64,000 nucleotides of DNA from an uncultured Alphaproteobacteria bacterium (GTDB taxonomy: Bacteria > Pseudomonadota > Alphaproteobacteria > Rhizobiales > Xanthobacteraceae). Shown here piece after piece: positions 59,311-64,000 of the stretch. A model generated the notes under the pieces. That model saw only the letters and a program-made list of their open reading frames with translations. It was not told the DNA's origin and searched no databases. The stretch lies in the NCBI GenBank assembly GCA_963770425.1, contig CAVYPQ010000007.1:84864-148863 (forward strand), given 5' to 3'. Within the stretch, counting starts at the first letter, position 1; each line of letters starts with the position of its first letter. A program made the position numbers and the translations under genes.

Positions 59311-61389
59311 ATGTTGCAACGAGTATCGGGGCGGGGACGATTGCGGCTTGCCGCGGATATCGGCGGGACCTTCACAGACATCGCGGTTTTTGACGAGAAA
59401 ACCGGACAGCTCACCTTCGGCAAAGCGCTGTCGACGCCGGCGCATCTGGTCGAAGGCATTTCGGCCGGCGTCGCCAAGGCGGGCAGCGACTACCGCTCGG
59501 CGGCGCTGTTTCTGCACGGCTCGACCATCGCCATCAATACGATGCTGGAGCGCACCGGCGCGCCGACGGCGCTGCTGATCACCGAAGGTTTTCGCGACAT
59601 CTACGAGATCGGGCGCATCAACCGGCCCGACGCCTATAATCTGTTCTTCCGCAAGCACGTGCCGCTGATCGAACGCGCACTGCGTTTCGAAGTCCACGAG
59701 CGGATGCTGGCGGATGGCGAAATCGACACGCCGCTCGACGAGAAGGAAATCGCAGCACTTGGCGCAAGGCTTGAAAAACTCGGCATCGAGGCTTGCGCGA
59801 TCCTGTTTCTCAATTGCTACGCCAACGCCGATCACGAACAGCGCGCCAAGGCGATTCTCGAGAAAAATCACCCGGCGATGTTTGTCTCCGCGTCGAACGA
59901 GCTGTCGCAGGAATATCGCGAGTTCGAGCGCTGCTCGACCGTGGCGGCGAATGCCTATGTGGGACCGAAAGTGCGCCGCTACATCGGCGAGATCGATTCA
60001 CACATGCGCGCGGCGGGTTTCGACGGCTCGTTCCTGGTCGTGCAGTCGACCGGCGGACTTTACGAAGCCGCCCAGGCTCAGAGCCAGTGCATCCGCATGC
60101 TTGAGTCTGGTCCGGCGGCCGGCGTCATCGGCACACAAGCGCTCTGCCACATGCTCGATATCGACAACGCCATCGCCTTCGACATGGGCGGCACCACCGC
60201 CAAAGCCGGCGTCATCTATCACGGCGAGGCGTTGACGACCGGAACGGCATTGATCGGCGGCTACGAACAGGCGCTGCCGGTGCAGATCGCCATGATGGAC
60301 ATTTTCGAAGTCGGCACCGGCGGCGGTTCGATCGCACGGGTCGATGAGGAGGCGCTGCGGGTCGGTCCGCAGAGCGCCGGAGCGTCGCCCGGACCAGCGT
60401 GCTACGGACTCGGCGGCCGCGAGCCGACAGTGACGGACGCCAATCTGGTGCTCGGGCGCCTGAATGCCGAGCGATTTCTCGGCGGCGAAATGAAGCTCGA
60501 CGTTGCCGCGGCCGAGCGTTCACTCAAGGAGCGGATCGGCGATCCCCTCGGCTTGACCGCCGTCGAAGCCGCCGACGGCATTTTGCGGATCGCGGCGACT
60601 GCGATGTCGTATGCGGTCAAGGGTGTCACCACCGAGCGCGGCTTCGACGCCGGCGACTTCGTCCTTGTCGCTTACGGCGGCGCCGGTCCGTTGCACGCGG
60701 TCGAGGTGGCGCGCGAGATCGGCATGCGCAACGTCATCGTGCCGTTCGCGCCCGGCGTGTTCTCAGCTTACGGCATGCTGTTCGCCGATCTGCGCTACGA
60801 TTTCGTGCGCACCTGGTTCACGCCGCTCGAAGACGCGTCATTTGACGAGATCGAAAGCGTCTACGGCGCGCTGGAGCAGCAGGGACGCGACGCCATCGCC
60901 AATGCGTCGGTGGCGCCGCAGCGCGTCGTGGTGAAGCGTGCGGCCGACATGCGCTACGTCGGCCAGGAACACGCGGTGACCGTCGATCTGCCGATGAGCG
61001 TGTTCAAGCGCGGCGGCGACCGCAAGGCCATCAAGCAGCATTTCGATGCGATGCATGCGCAGCGCTATGGGACATCGGCGCCGGCGGAGCGCGCCGAGAT
61101 CGTCAGCTTGCGTTCGACTGTCACCGGCCTGATGCGCAAGCCGCCGCAACGCAAAATCGCTCGCGGCCGCAAGGCGCCGCCGGCGGCGGCGGTTAGCGGC
61201 AAGCGCAAGGTCTATTTCGGCGGACGCTTCCGGCCAACGCCAGTGTTTTGGCGCCCCGCGCTCGTCGCCGGCAACCGCATTACCGGTCCAGCTTTGATCG
61301 AGGAATACGCCTCGACGACGCTGCTGCTGCCCGGGGATACGTTGGAAGTCGACGCGTTCGGCAACCTGGCGATACGGCTAGCCGGGTGA
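59311..61389 (+). CDS. hydantoinase/oxoprolinase A-type (HyuA) family protein
   Basis: 692 aa with ADIGGTFTD at the N-terminus and two ASKHA-like ATPase domains (DMGGTTAK). Confidence 0.9.
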   Translation: MLQRVSGRGRLRLAADIGGTFTDIAVFDEKTGQLTFGKALSTPAHLVEGISAGVAKAGSDYRSAALFLHGSTIAINTMLERTGAPTALLITEGFRDIYEIGRINRPDAYNLFFRKHVPLIERALRFEVHERMLADGEIDTPLDEKEIAALGARLEKLGIEACAILFLNCYANADHEQRAKAILEKNHPAMFVSASNELSQEYREFERCSTVAANAYVGPKVRRYIGEIDSHMRAAGFDGSFLVVQSTGGLYEAAQAQSQCIRMLESGPAAGVIGTQALCHMLDIDNAIAFDMGGTTAKAGVIYHGEALTTGTALIGGYEQALPVQIAMMDIFEVGTGGGSIARVDEEALRVGPQSAGASPGPACYGLGGREPTVTDANLVLGRLNAERFLGGEMKLDVAAAERSLKERIGDPLGLTAVEAADGILRIAATAMSYAVKGVTTERGFDAGDFVLVAYGGAGPLHAVEVAREIGMRNVIVPFAPGVFSAYGMLFADLRYDFVRTWFTPLEDASFDEIESVYGALEQQGRDAIANASVAPQRVVVKRAADMRYVGQEHAVTVDLPMSVFKRGGDRKAIKQHFDAMHAQRYGTSAPAERAEIVSLRSTVTGLMRKPPQRKIARGRKAPPAAAVSGKRKVYFGGRFRPTPVFWRPALVAGNRITGPALIEEYASTTLLLPGDTLEVDAFGNLAIRLAG

Positions 61390-61894
61390 TGTCCAGTCCC
61401 GACCCAATCGGAGCGATCGAAGGACGGCCGTGCGGTCAATCCGGATGGCTGGTCGGCTCGGTCTGTTGCGTCCGCAGAATTTCTGCAAATTCGCGCTCGA
61501 GCCGGACGAGAGCCGCCAAGAGCGATGCTGGCGGAGCGATCAGCTTGCAGTCGGATACCGGTTTCGTGCCCGGAATTTCGGCAAGATGGCCCTCGTCGGG
61601 AAAATGTTGCGCGTATTTGCTCGCGTCGAGCATCAGCCGCCCCCTCACCGATTCGCGATGCTTTCAGGGACGCTCTGTTCGGCCGGCAAGTCAAGTTGAA
61701 GTTGAGCGATTCCACCAAATTTACCGTCGTGACCGGTCTTCCCACACAGCAACCGCATCGGCGCGCGCCGCGCTAGTTATGCCGGCGCGACGATGCATTG
61801 CAACGCAACAGCTCGCGGCGGCAAAGCCAAGCCGGCGGACGTCTAACCGGAAGCGAAATGCATGGTACCTAGAGGCATGACACCGAGAGGCAAC

Positions 61895-63682
61895 ATGGCC
61901 CCGAAAGGCAAAACGAAATCGCGCGCGCGAGGCAAGATCGACGCCGTCGTTACCGAGATCGTGCGCAACGGCGTGATCGCGGTGACCGAGGAAATGAAAA
62001 CTAACCTCATGCGCACCGCCTACAACATCATCATCTATGAGGCGCTGGATTTCACGACCGGCCTGTTCACTCCCGCAGGGGAAACCGTGTCCATCGGCAT
62101 CGGCCTGCCAATGTTCATCCGCGGCATGGCCGAAACCGTGAAGGCGAAGATCCGGCATTTCGGACTCAAGAATATGCGGCCGGGGGACATCTACGTCACC
62201 AACGACTCCTATCTGACCGGCAGCCACCTCAATCACGTCACCTTGACCTTGCCGATCTTTCACAAAGGCGTGCTAGTCGGCTTCTCATGCTGCATGGCGC
62301 ACTGGCTCGACATTGGCGGCACGCTTGGCGGCATCACGACCGATATCTTCTCCGAAGGTCTGCAAATCCCGATCCTGAAACTGCACGATCGCGGCGCGCC
62401 GAACGAAACGCTGATCGACGTCATCCGGATGAACATGCGGCTGCCGAGCCGGGCGATGGGCGATCTGCGCGCGCAGATCACCGCGGTGAAGACCGGCGAG
62501 CGGCGCTTTCTCGAACTTGTCGAGCGCTACGGGCGCGATCAGGTCCTGGGGGCCATCAAGGCCATCATGGATCATTCCGAGACGATGGCGCGGGCGCGCA
62601 CCAAGTCGATCCCGGACGGCGTCTACGAGGCCGAATCCTACATGGACGATGACGGCATCGAAGTCGGCAAGAAGGTGCCGATCAAGGTTCGCGTCATCGT
62701 CAAGGGTGAAGAGATGACGGTCGATCTGACCGACGTCTCGCGTCAGGTTCGCGGCTCGTTCAATTCCGGCATCACCACCGGCTACGCGTGCTCACAGGTG
62801 GCCTACAAGTGCCTCACGTCGCCGACCGATTATCCGATCAATGACGGCTCGTTTCGCAGTCTCAAGGCCATCGTGCCGCCGGGACGCGTGGTGAGCGCGG
62901 TGCGTCCGGCGCCGATGCGCTGGTGGATGACCTATCCGATGACCATCGTCGACACGGTGTTCAAGGCGCTCGCGCCGGTCATTCCGGATCGCGTCATCGC
63001 CGGACACCATGCCGATCTGGTGATCGCCGCGACGCACGGCATCAACACCAAGACCTCGGAATTTTTCCTCGCCAATTTCGGCCCGCTCGGCGGCGGCTGG
63101 GGCGCCAAGCGCAGCGAAGATGGAGTGTCGGGGACCGTCTGCATCAACGATGGCGACACGCACAATTCGCCGAGCGAGCAGTCGGAAGTGAAATTTCCGC
63201 TCGTGGTCGAACGTTATGCGCTCATTCCCGATTCCGGCGGGGCCGGCCGCTATCGCGGCGGCCTTGGTCTGGAGCGCGTCGTGCGCGCGCGCGTGCCGAT
63301 GACCTTCAACAGCCATGTCGAGCGCGCCCATTGCAAGCCATGGGGTCTGGAGGGCGGCGGCGAGGCTACCGGCAACGAGGTGGCGGTCCGCACGGGCCGT
63401 CAGTGGAAGGAAGACTTCCCGAACGCCAAGGTGCTGGTGGCGTATCTCGAGCCGGGCGACGCGTTCCGCATGCGCTCCGGCGGCGGCGGCGGTCATGGCT
63501 TGCCGCTCGACCGGCCGGTTGACACGGTCGTGGAAGATGCCCGCCAGGGCTACATTTCGGTGGCGGCCGCCAAGGACAGTTATGGCGTCGTGCTCGATCC
63601 GGAGACATTCGTGGCCGATCTGGCGGCAACCGAGCGGCTGCGGGCCTCGATGCGAAGCGCCCTGTCACCGTCGGCCGCCTGA
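61895..63682 (+). CDS. hydantoinase B/oxoprolinase (HyuB) family protein
   Basis: Begins at MAPKGKTKSRARGKIDAVVTEIVRNGVIAVTEEM, with a GGGGHG C-terminal motif. The start was chosen as the last ATG before the conserved block. Confidence 0.9.
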   Translation: MAPKGKTKSRARGKIDAVVTEIVRNGVIAVTEEMKTNLMRTAYNIIIYEALDFTTGLFTPAGETVSIGIGLPMFIRGMAETVKAKIRHFGLKNMRPGDIYVTNDSYLTGSHLNHVTLTLPIFHKGVLVGFSCCMAHWLDIGGTLGGITTDIFSEGLQIPILKLHDRGAPNETLIDVIRMNMRLPSRAMGDLRAQITAVKTGERRFLELVERYGRDQVLGAIKAIMDHSETMARARTKSIPDGVYEAESYMDDDGIEVGKKVPIKVRVIVKGEEMTVDLTDVSRQVRGSFNSGITTGYACSQVAYKCLTSPTDYPINDGSFRSLKAIVPPGRVVSAVRPAPMRWWMTYPMTIVDTVFKALAPVIPDRVIAGHHADLVIAATHGINTKTSEFFLANFGPLGGGWGAKRSEDGVSGTVCINDGDTHNSPSEQSEVKFPLVVERYALIPDSGGAGRYRGGLGLERVVRARVPMTFNSHVERAHCKPWGLEGGGEATGNEVAVRTGRQWKEDFPNAKVLVAYLEPGDAFRMRSGGGGGHGLPLDRPVDTVVEDARQGYISVAAAKDSYGVVLDPETFVADLAATERLRASMRSALSPSAA

Positions 63683-63752
63683 CGCCTGGCACGTTCAAAT
63701 CACGTCCGGCAAGCGCTGTTTCTGCGCCGCACAAGGGTGCCAGCCGGCGCTT

Positions 63753-63782
63753 CTTGAAGCCATTGATATGGAACGCCATATT
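63753..63782 (+). promoter_or_regulatory. candidate promoter of the hsp20 gene (cTTGAAg - 17 bp - CATATT)
   Basis: Hexamers are seen about 80-105 nt upstream of ATG 63861. They fit a housekeeping-type -35/-10 pair with a 17-bp spacer. CTTGAA is also RpoH-like. Confidence 0.35.
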
Positions 63783-63788
63783 AGCTTC

Positions 63789-63863
63789 GCCGCAGGGTTA
63801 ATCCCTGGGGCGATCGGGTGCTGTAAGGGCCCGCAAAGTCGCTTCATAAGGACTTTGACCATG
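63789..63863 (+). promoter_or_regulatory. ROSE-like RNA thermometer in the hsp20 5' leader
   Basis: The hairpin at 63837..63854, AGUC(G)CUU-CAU-AAGGACU, pairs a UCGCU motif with the SD AAGGA and leaves a single bulged G opposite the SD. An upstream hairpin CAGGGuuaauCCCUG lies at 63793-63807. Confidence 0.5.
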
Positions 63864-64000
63864 TCCAGGGTTTCGCCGCTCTCGAGTCCCTTCCTGCTCG
63901 GCTTCGATGAGATCGAGCGTGTGCTTGATCGCGTCGGCAAAGCCGCCGACGGCTACCCTCCTTACAACATCGAGCGAATCGCTCGCGACGGGAACTGTCC
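63861..64000 (+). CDS. small heat-shock protein, Hsp20/IbpA family (N-terminal part; continues beyond the window)
   Basis: Not in the ORF track because it lies at the window edge. My translation is MSRVSPLSSPFLLGFDEIERVLDRVGKAADGYPPYNIERIARDGN, and the GYPPYNIE block is typical of IbpA-like sHSPs. Confidence 0.8.
   Translation, partial: MSRVSPLSSPFLLGFDEIERVLDRVGKAADGYPPYNIERIARDGNC

Noticed and set aside
61436-61648. The idea that the small ORF between hyuA and hyuB is a gamma subunit of an acetone/acetophenone-carboxylase-like enzyme.
   Set aside because: It is on the opposite strand from hyuA/hyuB and lacks the Cys-rich Zn-binding pattern expected for such gamma subunits. It is kept only as an unexplained spacer in the findings.
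63753-63782. An RpoH (sigma-32) promoter reading of CTTGAA...CCATAT upstream of hsp20.
   Set aside because: The spacing between CTTGAA and CCATAT (17 nt) is longer than the usual sigma-32 spacing, and ROSE-controlled genes described in Bradyrhizobium use housekeeping-type promoters. I therefore report only a generic candidate promoter at low confidence.
1-64000. CRISPR arrays, rRNA or tRNA genes, IS elements and prophage genes.
   Set aside because: None were seen. The only recurring short repeats are palindromic REP-type units at irregular, mostly single intergenic positions, not regularly spaced direct repeats. No transposase, integrase or phage structural motifs were recognised.

Overview
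This is a 64-kb, high-G+C chromosomal segment of an alphaproteobacterium. The palindromic REP-like element families, the many Bug/TctC binding proteins and a ROSE-type hsp20 leader suggest (inference) a Bradyrhizobium/Rhodopseudomonas-like genome. I can support about 57 protein-coding genes; two are partial at the window edges and absent from the ORF track. I also support 12 REP-like palindromic repeat loci, one candidate promoter and one RNA-thermometer-like leader. I saw no rRNA, tRNA, CRISPR array, transposase or integrase. The content is mostly accessory metabolism. It includes transport genes (4 Bug/TctC-type binding proteins, 4 MFS transporters) and amide/N-heterocycle catabolism (amidase, enamidase-like amidohydrolase, two M24 paralogues). 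It also includes a tsdBA-like dihaem cytochrome pair and a Rieske dioxygenase locus with a GntR regulator. A large aromatic-degradation cluster follows: LigAB-type extradiol dioxygenase, dihydroxyphthalate-decarboxylase-like, FAD monooxygenase, UbiD, amidohydrolase_2, Rieske ferredoxin and HyuA/HyuB. Most notable observations: (i) a translationally coupled six-gene module, DUF4129-DUF4350-MoxR-DUF58-SpoIIM-like-RDD, of unknown function. (ii) A low-G+C single-gene cassette inserted at the 3' end of the extradiol dioxygenase gene, bracketed by about 110-bp imperfect direct repeats that duplicate the gene's last 36 codons. (iii) A lower-G+C island carrying a roughly 1,830-codon Ser/Thr-kinase/AAA/GAF/PAS/histidine-kinase fusion. 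(iv) Three small secreted Cys-rich proteins. (v) At least 18 single-base frameshifts interrupting 14 otherwise well-conserved genes, which looks more like assembly indel error than real pseudogenisation. All family assignments come from motif recognition by eye; no searches were run.
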